From Propionivibrio sp. (lineage in GTDB: Bacteria; Pseudomonadota; Gammaproteobacteria; Burkholderiales; Rhodocyclaceae), in assembly GCA_047601695.1 (NCBI GenBank), contig JASGIW010000001.1, positions 46,525-110,524 on the forward strand: DNA of 64,000 nt, in the 5' to 3' direction. Shown here one piece after another: positions 1-9,487 of the stretch. The notes below the pieces were generated by a model that saw only the letters and a list, made by a program, of their open reading frames with translations, did not search any database and was not told the DNA's origin. The position numbers were made by a program, and so were the translations under genes. The number at the start of each line of letters is the position of its first letter. Position 1 is the first letter of the stretch.

Positions 1-5
1 AGGCC

Positions 6-1229
6 ATGTACCAGGCCAAGGTCGCCGGCAAGAATCGATACCATGTCTTCGATGCCGACCAGGACCGCAGCGTGCGCGGACATCACGAAAGCCTGGAACA
101 CATCCGGCGCGCGTTGACCGCGAACGAGTTCGTGCTCCATTACCAGCCCAAGGTCAATATGCGCACGGGCGCCGTGATCGGCGCCGAAGCGCTCATCCGC
201 TGGCAGCATCCGGAAAAGGGGCTGCTGCCGCCGTCCGTTTTCCTGCCGGTCATCGAAAACCACGCGCTCGCCATCGATCTCGGCGAATGGGTGATCGCCC
301 GGGCGCTGGTGCAGATGGCGGAGTGGCGTGCCGGCGGCCTGCACATCCCGGTCAGCGTCAATATCAGCGCCCGCCAGTTGCAGCAAAGCGGCTTCCCGCT
401 GCGCCTGGCCACGATTCTGGCGGCGAATCCCGATGCGCGGGTCGGCGATCTGGAGCTGGAAGTGCTGGAAACCAGCGCGCTCGAGGACCTGATCGGCGTT
501 TCGCGCGTGATGCGCGACTGCCGCGATCTCGGGATCGAGTTCGCGCTCGACGATTTCGGTACCGGCTACTCGTCGCTCACCTACCTCAAGCGCCTGCCCG
601 TCTCGCTGCTCAAGATCGATCAGAGCTTCGTGCGCGACATGCTCGACGATCCGGACGATCTCGCCATCCTGGAAGGCGTCATCAGCCTGGCGGCCGCTTT
701 CCGCCGGCAGGTCATCGCCGAGGGCGTCGAGACGGTCGAGCACGGCAAGATGCTCCTGCAACTGGGCTGCGAACTGGCGCAAGGCTACGGCATCGCCCGG
801 CCGATGCCCGCGGCCGACCTGCATGCCTGGGTCACGCGCTGGCGACCCGATCCGGATTGGAGCAATCTGCAGTCGGTCGATCGCGACGATTACCCTTTGC
901 TCTTCGCGGCGACCGAACACCGGGCCTGGATTGCGGCCATGGAAAATCACCTCAAGGATGCTCGAAACGAGCAACCGGCCATGGATTTCCACCGTTGCCG
1001 CTTCGGGCAGTGGCTGGATGCGGACGGCCAGAACCGTTACGGCGCGCACCCCGAGTTCTGGCGCATCGAACATCTGCATCGGCAGGTGCACGATCTCGCG
1101 GAAACGCTGCGCGAACTTCGGAAGAGCCGGTCGTTCGACGAGGTGCGCGGGGACGTCCACAAACTGCACGCCTTGCGCGACCAGTTGCTGGCGCGCATGC
1201 AACTGTTGCTGCACCACAGCCGGCCTTGA
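6..1229 (+). CDS. EAL-domain c-di-GMP phosphodiesterase with C-terminal CZB domain; 5'-truncated (GGDEF tail at window edge)
   Basis: MYQAKVAGKNRY is a GGDEF C-terminal tail. EAL motifs AEALIRW, LEVLET, ALDDFGTGYSSLTYL, KID, AEGVE, QGY. C-terminal HRAW...HRCRFGQW...HRQVH is the CZB His/Cys pattern. Confidence 0.9.
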   Translation: MYQAKVAGKNRYHVFDADQDRSVRGHHESLEHIRRALTANEFVLHYQPKVNMRTGAVIGAEALIRWQHPEKGLLPPSVFLPVIENHALAIDLGEWVIARALVQMAEWRAGGLHIPVSVNISARQLQQSGFPLRLATILAANPDARVGDLELEVLETSALEDLIGVSRVMRDCRDLGIEFALDDFGTGYSSLTYLKRLPVSLLKIDQSFVRDMLDDPDDLAILEGVISLAAAFRRQVIAEGVETVEHGKMLLQLGCELAQGYGIARPMPAADLHAWVTRWRPDPDWSNLQSVDRDDYPLLFAATEHRAWIAAMENHLKDARNEQPAMDFHRCRFGQWLDADGQNRYGAHPEFWRIEHLHRQVHDLAETLRELRKSRSFDEVRGDVHKLHALRDQLLARMQLLLHHSRP

Positions 1230-1231
1230 CC

Positions 1232-2107
1232 GTGCAAACTCTTTCGCGGCGTTCGACCCGTATCGTTTCCGTCAAGCCACTCCACCATTTCTGGCGTTCT
1301 CCGGCGTTGCCTTTCGTCGAGAGCCGGCGTGCCAATGACAGCGCGGCCTGCTATGCGCCGCACTCGCATTCCACGCTGTCGATCGGTGCGGTCGACGGCG
1401 GGCAGAGCGTGTTTTCGCGCGCCGGACGGCGGCAGCGGCTGCGCAAGGGCGACGTGGTGCTGATTCCCGCCGGTGAGGTCCATTCGTGCAATCCCGAGAA
1501 CGACGGCCGCTGGAGCTATCAGATGCTCTATCTCGATCCCGCCTGGGTCGACGCGATCGTCGGCGAGATGGGCGCGCTCGATGCGGTCGTGATCAATCAC
1601 CTGCCGCCTGATGCCGCGCCGCCGCGCGTCCACCAGCGCCTGACCCGGCTCAACGCCTGTCTGTTCGGCCCGGCGACGGACGAGGACAAGGAAGCCGCGC
1701 TGCTCGTCTTCGTCGGCGACGTCTTCGGCGAGATCCGGGCGCGGACGGAAAGTCCGGGGTCTCGCCTGGACGCGCGGGAAGAGTCGGTGCGCCTGCGCAG
1801 GGCACAGGCGATGATCGCCGAGCGCTGCGCCGAGTCGCTGACCCTCGACGCATTGGCCCGCGAGGCAGGCATGAGCCGCTACCACTTCGTGCGCGCCTTC
1901 GGCCGCGCCGTCGGCATGACGCCGCATGCCTGGCAGATCGACCGGCGCATCGAGCGCGCGCGGAGCCTGCTCGAGCAGGGCATGTCGCTGGCCGACGCGG
2001 CGCTGCAGCTTGGTTTTGCCGATCAGAGCCACTTCCAGCGCGCGTTCAAGCAGCGTGTCGCGGCGACGCCGGGCGAGTATCGGCAGGTCGCCGGCAGCCC
2101 GCTGTAG
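1232..2107 (+). CDS. AraC family transcriptional regulator (cupin ligand-binding domain + HTH)
   Basis: PHSH cupin motif, LARE AGMSRYHFVRAF and LGFADQSHFQRAFK...TPGEY. Start uncertain (GTG at 1232, in frame of ORF 287..2107). Confidence 0.9.
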   Translation: MQTLSRRSTRIVSVKPLHHFWRSPALPFVESRRANDSAACYAPHSHSTLSIGAVDGGQSVFSRAGRRQRLRKGDVVLIPAGEVHSCNPENDGRWSYQMLYLDPAWVDAIVGEMGALDAVVINHLPPDAAPPRVHQRLTRLNACLFGPATDEDKEAALLVFVGDVFGEIRARTESPGSRLDAREESVRLRRAQAMIAERCAESLTLDALAREAGMSRYHFVRAFGRAVGMTPHAWQIDRRIERARSLLEQGMSLADAALQLGFADQSHFQRAFKQRVAATPGEYRQVAGSPL

Positions 2108-2112
2108 CCGGC

Positions 2113-2129
2113 GCAATTTCGTTCAATAC
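2113..2129 (+). promoter_or_regulatory. Candidate AraC-family activator site upstream of the LysE gene
   Basis: AT-rich GCAATTTCGTTCAATAC island in GC-rich DNA, just after the araC stop and about 50 bp before the lysE ATG. Inference only. Confidence 0.3.
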
Positions 2130-2180
2130 GCAACGCTCGCGGACTGCCATCCTGCGCCCATTTCATGGGTGGAGAACGGT

Positions 2181-2804
2181 ATGGCTTCGTGGCAGCAATT
2201 CCTGATCATCGCGGGCGCGCATTTTCTCGCCTTGTTGAGTCCGGGCCCGGATTTCTTTCTCATCGTGCGCAGCGCCGTGGTCAACGGCGCGCGTGTCGCG
2301 AGCGGCGTCTGCGTCGGCATCGCGCTGGCCAACGGCGTCTATATCGGCCTGGCGATCAGCGGCGTCGCCGTGTTGCAGGAGGTGGCGGGGCTGTTCGCGT
2401 TGCTCAAGTGGGGCGGCTGCGCCTATCTCGCCTGGCTCGGCTGGCGCTTTCTCACCGTGCGCGGCGAAGCGCTTGCGCCGGAAACGCGCGACGTCGGGCG
2501 ACAGCGCGGCAACTGGTGGCGCGAATGCCGCGTCGGCTTCCTCTCGGGCATCCTCAACCCGAAGAATTCCTTGTTCTACGCCAGTCTGTTTTCGCTTGGT
2601 TTCGAGCGCGGCACATCGTTCGGCGCGCAACTCGGCTACGGCGTCTGGATGTTCTGCGCGGTCCTGATCTGGGACCTGTGCATCGCCCGCGCCGCCGGCC
2701 ATCCACCGGTCGTGCGCCGCTTCATGGCGCACGTGCGCAAGATCGAGCGGATCACCGGCGTCGTACTGCTCGGCATCGCGGCGGGTATCGTCGGCGTGCG
2801 TTGA
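2181..2804 (+). CDS. LysE/RhtB family amino-acid exporter
   Basis: LLSPGPDFF, GFLSGILNPKN, six hydrophobic segments; GGAG RBS upstream of ATG 2181. Confidence 0.9.
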   Translation: MASWQQFLIIAGAHFLALLSPGPDFFLIVRSAVVNGARVASGVCVGIALANGVYIGLAISGVAVLQEVAGLFALLKWGGCAYLAWLGWRFLTVRGEALAPETRDVGRQRGNWWRECRVGFLSGILNPKNSLFYASLFSLGFERGTSFGAQLGYGVWMFCAVLIWDLCIARAAGHPPVVRRFMAHVRKIERITGVVLLGIAAGIVGVR

Positions 2805-2877
2805 GTGTCCGCCGGGTCTTGCGTGCAGCGGCATCGGATGATGAGATGCAGGCTTTCCACCGTTACGGGAGTCAGGG

Positions 2878-3234
2878 ATGAAGACCTATCGAGCCAGCTG
2901 CCACTGCGGCGCGATTCGTTTCACGTTCAAGGGGCCGGAAAGCATCGAAAACGGCCTGCGCTGCAACTGCTCGATCTGCCGGCGCAAGGGCGCGTTGATG
3001 AGCGGCTTCGTCGTCGCGCCGGATGACATGGTGATCGAGTCGTCCGGCGACGGCTTGGGGACCTACGAATTCGGCAGCGGCGTCGCCAAGCATCATTTCT
3101 GCAAAACCTGCGGCATCTACCCCTTTCACCAGACGATGCGCAAACCCGGCCATTACCGTATCAACCTCGGCTGCGTCGAGGAACTCGATGCGACGCGACT
3201 GCCGTTCGACGTGTTCGACGGCGCGTCGATCTGA
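2878..3234 (+). CDS. GFA/CENP-V family zinc protein
   Basis: CHCG, CNCSIC and HHFCKTCG Cys pattern. Confidence 0.9.
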   Translation: MKTYRASCHCGAIRFTFKGPESIENGLRCNCSICRRKGALMSGFVVAPDDMVIESSGDGLGTYEFGSGVAKHHFCKTCGIYPFHQTMRKPGHYRINLGCVEELDATRLPFDVFDGASI

Positions 3235-3257
3235 CCGGTATTGAGGAGCGACGCGCC

Positions 3258-4400
3258 GTGCGAATCGTCGTAGCGCCCGATTCCTACAAAGGCAGCGCCT
3301 CGGCGCCGGAAGTCGCGGCCGCCATGGCGCGCGGTGTCCGGCGCGTCTTCCCGGACGCCGAAGTCGTGCAGGTGCCGATCGCCGACGGCGGTGAAGGGAC
3401 CGTCCAGGCGCTGGTCGGCGCGACTGGAGGCATCATCCGGAAAAGCGAGGTGGCGGGGCCGCTCGGCGAACCGGTCGTCGCGTCCTGGGGCATCCTCGGC
3501 GACGGGCAGACGGCGGTCATCGAAATGGCCGCCGCTTCCGGCCTGACCCTGCTCGCCGCCGAACAGCGCGATCCGTTGCGGGGCACGACCTGCGGGACGG
3601 GCGAACTGATTCGTACTGTCCTGGATGCCGGGTTGCGGCGATTGATCGTCGGCATCGGCGGCAGTGCGACGAACGACGGCGGCGCCGGCATGGCACGAGC
3701 GCTCGGGGGGCGCTTCCTGGGCGAGGACGGGCGTGAATTGCCCGATGGCGGCCTCGCGCTCGCCGGACTGCGCCGGATCGACCTCGCGCGGCTCGATGCG
3801 CGGCTGAACGATTGCGAGATCGTCGTCGCTTGCGATGTTGACAACCCGCTCTGCGGTCCGCGTGGCGCCTCGGTGGTATTTGGCCCGCAGAAGGGTGCAA
3901 CGCCCGACGATGTCGTACTGCTCGACCGCGCGCTCGCCAACTATGCGGCGTGCGCCAGCGTTGCAACGGGGCGTGAAGTCGCCAGCCTGCCGGGCGCCGG
4001 CGCGGCAGGCGGATTGGGTGCCGGGTTCCTGTTCTTCACCAGCGCATGCCTCAAGCCCGGCGTCGAGATCGTCCTCGAAGCCGTCGGCTTTGCCGACCTC
4101 GTTCGTACCGCCGACTTGGTCATCACCGGCGAAGGACGAACCGACCGGCAGACCGCATTCGGCAAGGCGCCGGTCGGCGTCGCCCGCGTCGCCAAGGCAT
4201 TCGGCGTCCCGGTGTTCTGTCTCTCCGGCGCGCTGGGCGAAGGCGCCGACGACGTGCTCGAGCATGGCATCGACGCCACGTTGAGCATCTGCGACCGGCC
4301 GATGACGCTTGAGGCATGCATGCGCGACGCGGGTCATCTGATCGAATTCGGCGCGGCGCGTCTGTGCCGGGTGATCAAGGCGGCGCGCGGCCGCCGGTGA
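3258..4400 (+). CDS. glxK: Glycerate kinase
   Basis: VVAPDSYKGS, ADGGEGT, GGSATNDGGAGM, GAGAAGGLG, TGEGRTDRQTAFGK. Confidence 0.93.
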   Translation: MRIVVAPDSYKGSASAPEVAAAMARGVRRVFPDAEVVQVPIADGGEGTVQALVGATGGIIRKSEVAGPLGEPVVASWGILGDGQTAVIEMAAASGLTLLAAEQRDPLRGTTCGTGELIRTVLDAGLRRLIVGIGGSATNDGGAGMARALGGRFLGEDGRELPDGGLALAGLRRIDLARLDARLNDCEIVVACDVDNPLCGPRGASVVFGPQKGATPDDVVLLDRALANYAACASVATGREVASLPGAGAAGGLGAGFLFFTSACLKPGVEIVLEAVGFADLVRTADLVITGEGRTDRQTAFGKAPVGVARVAKAFGVPVFCLSGALGEGADDVLEHGIDATLSICDRPMTLEACMRDAGHLIEFGAARLCRVIKAARGRR

Positions 4401-4403
4401 GGG

Positions 4404-4448
4404 CGGGGCCGACGTGCCGCAACCGCCCGCGACGGCACGCCGGCCCCG
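4404..4448. terminator. GC-rich hairpin between convergent glxK and adhesin genes
   Basis: CGGGGCCGACGTGCCG (4404-4419) and CGGCACGCCGGCCCCG (4433-4448) form a 16-bp stem with one mismatch; no long U tract. Confidence 0.5.
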
Positions 4449-4451
4449 TGA

Positions 4452-6375
4452 TTACCAGGAAATTCCCACTCCGGCGCCGACGACGGTGCTCTTGCTGATC
4501 CCGCCGACCGTGGATGCGGAGACCCGTACGGCAACGTTTTCCGCCGCCCGGTACGAAGCGCCCAGGGCAACGGCGGTCATGCTTTGGAAGTTGCCGAGGC
4601 CAAGACCGACGGCGAAGCGTTTGTTCTGATCGACCTGCGGGATGTTGGCCATCGCCGACGTGCCGGCGACGCCGGCGGCAACGCCTTTCAGTTGCCTGAA
4701 ATTGACCGCGTCGAAATCTTCCGTTCCGTCGGCGACGCCGGTGACCTTGACCGGCGCGCCGTTCGTGGCGTTGCTGAAGCGCGCGCCATTGTCGTCGAGC
4801 GTCAGGCTGGTCGAATGCGTGCCGCCGGAAATCGTCGCCTGCTTCTCCGTGACGATCAGCCAGTGCGTGTTGCCGACGCCGTTGGTCAGGGTCAGCGAGG
4901 CGGTGCTTTGATCGACGATGCCGGTGGTGATCTTGCCGTTCTGGTCAACGGTGGCGCCGCTTCCGCCGCTGTTGACGATGGTCATCTGTCCGTTGGTCGA
5001 ACTGGGTGGCGTCGTTCAGGATCGAAGTGCCGGAGGTGACCGTCGTCGAGGCGGAAGTATTCGAGGTATAGACCAGCGTGCCGTTGATGTACATGTTGCC
5101 GTCGACCAGCGTATTGCCCTGCAGGCGGTTGACGTACGTAGCGCCCTCGACATTGGCCTGGCTGGCGGCGTCGCCGGCGATCAGCGCGGGACCGGAGGTG
5201 CCGACGACGTACGGTGTGGCCGTCGAGGTGTAGCTGCCGCCGCCGGCATTGCCGATCGAGGTCGATGTATTGGTCACATTGATGGAACCGCCGCCGACCG
5301 TGCCGTTGATGTGCGTCGCATCGACGGTCAGGGTATTGGCGCCGAACGCCGTTTGCGCCTGCGTGTTGGTCGCCGTGTAGCTGCCGCCGCCGGCGACCGA
5401 CAGGCTGGCGTCGTTGTTGGCGAGCAGCATCGTGCCGTTGCCGCCGTGCGCGGTGACCGTCGTGCTCGTGTTGGCGTTGCCGAGGGTATTGGTGCTGGCG
5501 TAGCCGGCGTTGGTGCCGATGTTGTTGATGGAACTGTTCAGGCTGGTGCTGTTGGCGGCGTTGCCGATGGTGACGGTGCCGGTGCTGGTGCCGATGTTGG
5601 TGGCGGCGGTGCCGCTGGCGTTGATGTTGGCGGTGCCGGCCTGGTTGAGCGTGCCGGTGTTGTTGATCCCGGCCGTCGTGGTCGTACCGGTGACGTCCAG
5701 CGAACCCGTTGCGATATTGCCGCTGTTGGTGATGCTGGACGAATCGATGTGGCCGGTCGATACGGCGTTCGACGTGACCGTGCCGGAAGCGCTGACGTTC
5801 CCGGCGCCGCTGATGTTGCCGGCATTGTTGACGCCCTGGTTGTGGTTTTCGAAGACGCCGCCGATATTCTCCAGACCGCCCAGGCTGGTGATTTTCCCTG
5901 AACTGACCATGCTGCCGCCGGCGAGAACGTTGCCGGAAGTGGTGACGTTGGTGGCCCCGATGGTACCGGCGTTGACGATGCCGGCGTTATTGTTGTTGAT
6001 TCCTCCATAGGTGTGGGTCGTACCGTACAGCGACGTATCTCCGCTGACTGAAAGATCGCCATCGATCCCGGTAATCCCGGTGATCATGGCGCCGCCGGAA
6101 ACGTCCAGACCATCGGTGACGCTCAGGCCGTAATTGATCAGGGAGCCGTTCAGGTCGCCCAGGCTGGCAGCCACGGTGGTCGTTCCGGGACCGTTATAGA
6201 TGATGAACGACCCTACGCTGCCATTGTCGGTATTGATGTTGACCGTCACATCGTTGGCGTCGGAGCCGATATTCGTCTGCGCGACGGCCATGCCGGAGAA
6301 ACAGCCGGCGACCAGCAGCGCGATGAGTTTGAGTTGATGAACGTTCATGTTCTGGTTGGCGCGCTTGGGTTTCAT
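4452..6375 (-). CDS. YadA-family trimeric autotransporter adhesin (about 640 aa; one frameshift near 5005)
   Basis: Signal MKPKRANQNMNVHQLKLIALLVAGCFSGMAVA; Gly/Asn/Thr-rich passenger; neck motif VKVTGVADGTEDFDAVNFRQL; anchor ending GAGVGISW. Removing one G from GGG at 5004-5006 joins the two ORFs (ATSSTNGQMTIVN). Confidence 0.88.
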
Positions 6376-6407
6376 AAGGATTTCTCGAAAAATGAAGTCA
6401 ATCGGAG

Positions 6408-6950
6408 TTACATAACGAGTTCTTTTTTGATCGACACGCAGCCGCTGCCGGCCGGCATCAGGAAAATGCGGGCCGGGGTTTCGCTTTCGAGCACGAGAAC
6501 GTCCTTCTGCAGCGAACGGCCCTTCCTGAACTGGGCGAACTGCCTGGCCGCGACGGTGTTGCATTTCTGCGGCCAATAGACGACGGCTTCGTAAACGGCG
6601 CCGCTGCCGTTGGCCTGGTTGGGCGCGAAGCTGGCGCTGGCGTAGGCGGGGGGCGCGTTGGCGGTTTGCGGCTGCACTTCGTAGGAAAAGGACACCAGAC
6701 GTTGGTCGGGCGGCGCGGGCGGGGCGAAGAAGTAGGCGCCGACCTTGGCGTTGGCGCCGATGAACTGGCTGACCTGGTCGATGCGCCCGGCGCAGGCCAG
6801 CACGCCGGCCCTGGACGCCGCCTGGGCGACGGCACCCGGCGCTGGCGACGGTGCGGAATTGGGTGAATTGGCCGGGCTGGGTTCGGCGGCGAGCGCTACG
6901 CCAGCGCAGGCGGCAAGGATGATGCACAACGCGACGCGTCGGGCGGTCAT
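6408..6950 (-). CDS. Exported hypothetical protein immediately upstream of the adhesin
   Basis: GGAG RBS; signal MTARRVALCIILAACAGVALA; Pro/Ser/Ala linker; globular domain with three Cys; stop 32 bp before the adhesin start. Confidence 0.75.
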   Translation of the reverse strand: MTARRVALCIILAACAGVALAAEPSPANSPNSAPSPAPGAVAQAASRAGVLACAGRIDQVSQFIGANAKVGAYFFAPPAPPDQRLVSFSYEVQPQTANAPPAYASASFAPNQANGSGAVYEAVVYWPQKCNTVAARQFAQFRKGRSLQKDVLVLESETPARIFLMPAGSGCVSIKKELVM

Positions 6951-7060
6951 GTCTCCCGACGGGTGCGTCAATGGATATGGCGATCGTTGCGGCATGCGTC
7001 CAGTCCGAATCTTCTGTTGGATAGCGTCGGCAAATGGTAGTCATCGAGCGCCGGTCGAAA

Positions 7061-7116
7061 CTGTCGCCTACTGTTGCCCGCTGTCGGTCGCATGCCGAGG
7101 CTGTCAAACGCTGTCA
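7061..7116. promoter_or_regulatory. Array of CTGT(C/T) direct repeats at exact 10-bp phase (candidate OmpR/PhoB-family boxes)
   Basis: CTGTC 7061, CTGTT 7071, CTGTC 7081, CTGTCA 7101, CTGTCA 7111, in the divergent intergenic region. Confidence 0.6.
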
Positions 7117-7157
7117 ATTGCTTGCCGCCGCTTTCGCTTGGGCTATATTCCGCGCCT

Positions 7158-9239
7158 ATGCGCCGATATTTCCTCCATGAACACCGGGATGCCGGATACG
7201 TTGAACGCGTTGAATCCGACCGACGCGCGCGCTGTTTCGGGCATCGTCTCCTTGCCTTCCTGCTGCCGCTGCTTTGCCTCTTCTGCGCCGCTTGCGGCCC
7301 GGCCCCGCTGTCGGGATCGTCGGGCGGCAGCGGCGCGGTTGCCGTGCGCGCCGTCGACGGCCGTGCTGGTCCCGGAAATCGCGGTACTGGTCAACGAAGG
7401 AGGCGGCGAGACCATCGAATCCGTGGCCGGCACTTCGGCCAGCCGGTTTCGCCCGCTGGGCACTCCCCTCAGCGCCGGCTACACGCGCAAGGCGCACTGG
7501 CTGCGGGTTTCGTTGCGGCGGGAGGCGGCGACTCCCTTGCGCTGGCTGCTGGAACTCGGCCCCGGCTACCTGGACGACGTGCGGCTGTATACGCCGGATG
7601 CCGGCGCGCCGAACGGTTTCCGCAAGCGTCTGGCCGGCGACCGCCTGCCGTTCGCGGCGCGCGAGGTGGCGCACCGGCTGTTCGTTTTCCTTGTCGATCT
7701 GCCCGATGGGAACGCGCCCTGCACGCTCTATCTGCGCCTGCAATCGACCAGCACCCTGATGGCGCACCTGACGTTCTGGGAACTCCGCGCCTTCGCGACG
7801 GCGACGCAGGGCGAATACCTGGTCCTCGGCGTTCTCCTCGGCGCTTTGTGCCTGATGCTGCTTTACTCGGCGACGTATTGGTATTTCCTGCGCGAACGCT
7901 ATCTGCTGCTGTTCGTCGGCCTCGTGCTGGCTATGCTGATCGCGCATTTCGGCACCAACGGCCTGGCTGAGCAGTTCCTGTTCCGGCGCATCCGGCGCTG
8001 GCCAACCTGTTCGCGCCGGTGGGGGCGTGCCTGTTGATACTTTTCGACTTCTGGTTCTTCCTCGACTTCCTCAAGGTCTGGCAACGCCATCCCTGGCTCA
8101 GCAAGTTCTACGTCGCCACCATGGCGCTCTCGGTCGTCGCGCTGCCCGGGATGGTCTTCGGCTACTACGTCGAGATCGCGCCGGTGCTGATGGCGTGTTC
8201 GCTGGTGAGCCTGCCGTTCTGCCTGGCGGTCGCCTGGCGCTCGATCGGCCTGGATATCCTCGGCAGCCGCTGGGTCGCCTCGGCCTATGCCTGGTATTGC
8301 CTGGTGGTCGCCTTCAACCTGCTGTCGGTGCTCGGCTTTGTTCTGGGCCACACGTTCACGATCTACGGCTGGCAGTACGGCGCGCCGATCTACGTGGTAT
8401 TCCTGATGTCGGGCGTGCTGACGCGCGTGCGCGAAATGGAGCGCCGCCGCGACCAGGCGATCGCCAGTTCGCTCGCCGCCGAAGCGAAGGCCGAGGTCGC
8501 CCACGCGCAACGGGAAGAAAAGAGCCGCTTCCTCTCGCTGATGACGCATGAGCTGAAAACGCCGCTCGCCGCGATCGACGCCGCCGTGCAGGCGCTCGGC
8601 TATGCGTCGGAACGGGAAGATCTGGCCGCCACGCGCCGCCACCAGCGCATCCGCGAAGCGGTGGCGCGCCTCAACATGCTGCTGGAGGATTCGCTGGCCG
8701 TCGTCCGCGATGAAGCGGCATCGAACCGGCCGTTCCATTTCCGCCGGAACCGGGTCGTCATGGAGGAACTGCTGCGTTCGCTCCGCGCGGCGTATTCGAC
8801 TTCCGGGTCCGATGGCGTCGGCACCGCCCGCGTTCGTTTCGAAGCGGTGCCGAACGTCGAGTTCCGTGGTGACGGCACGCTCTTGCGCCTGGCGCTCAGC
8901 AATCTGCTGGACAATGCGCTCAAGTACGGAATGGCCGGCCATGCGGTGACCGTGTCGGTTCGCGAACGGCCGCATCTCGATCAACCCGGCATCGCCTTCG
9001 AGGTCACGAGCGCTTTTGCCGGAGCAATCGATGAGGACTGCGCGGTCTGGTTCGAAAAATTCTGGCGCGGGAAGGAGCACGCGACGATCGAAGGTGTCGG
9101 CCTGGGTCTCTACCTGGTTCGTTCGATCGCCGAGGCGCATGGCGGTGACGCATGGTGCTGCGCGCGCAAGGACCAGAGCGGGCTCGTTCCGGCGTGGCTG
9201 GTGGCGACGCTCTGGATAAGAGGACTGGTTGCAGTATGA
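7158..9239 (+). CDS. 7TM-DISM sensor histidine kinase (frameshifts near 7360 and 7983)
   Basis: DISMED2-like HWLRV...WLLEL...LDDVRLY...LYLRLQS; about 7 hydrophobic segments; H-box MTHELKTPL; NLLDNALKY; GVGLGLY. +1 G at 7359-7360 and -1 C near 7983 restore one frame. Confidence 0.85.
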
Positions 9240-9381
9240 GAAGAATCGCCTCGAACTGCTGCTCTCACGCCTGCGCCGGAAATTCCGCGAGACCAATGAA
9301 TTGTCGATCAATCCGGTCAAGCCCGTACGCAACGAGGGATATCAGCTGACGATCTTTTTACGGGCGGACGACAGCCGTTGA
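9220..9381 (+). pseudogene. C-terminal fragment of an OmpR/PhoB-type winged-helix response regulator
   Basis: Not in the ORF track. Translates EDWLQYEKNRLELLLSRLRRKFRETNELSINPVKPVRNEGYQLTIFLRADDSR*, matching the recognition helix (SRLRRK) and wing (VRxxGY). In-frame TAA at 9217-9219; no receiver domain. Confidence 0.7.
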
Positions 9382-9487
9382 GGCAGCTTGATCCACTGCG
9401 GGATTGGAATGGCCACTCTAATATTTGCCGCAACAGGAAGCCCGGTTTTGACCAGTGGATAGTCCGTTCAGGGTGGCGGATTGACCA

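Noticed and set aside
287-1228. N-terminal 300 aa of ORF 287..2107
   Set aside because: Off-frame shadow of the EAL gene; only the part from about 1232 looks like AraC.
6376-7107. 720-aa ORF 4945..7107 as one protein
   Set aside because: The upstream part is an alternative frame over the partner gene; the adhesin has its own RBS and signal peptide at 6375.
9391-9460. 8-bp inverted repeat ATCCACTG / CAGTGGAT as an IS footprint
   Set aside because: Too short, no target duplication, expected by chance.
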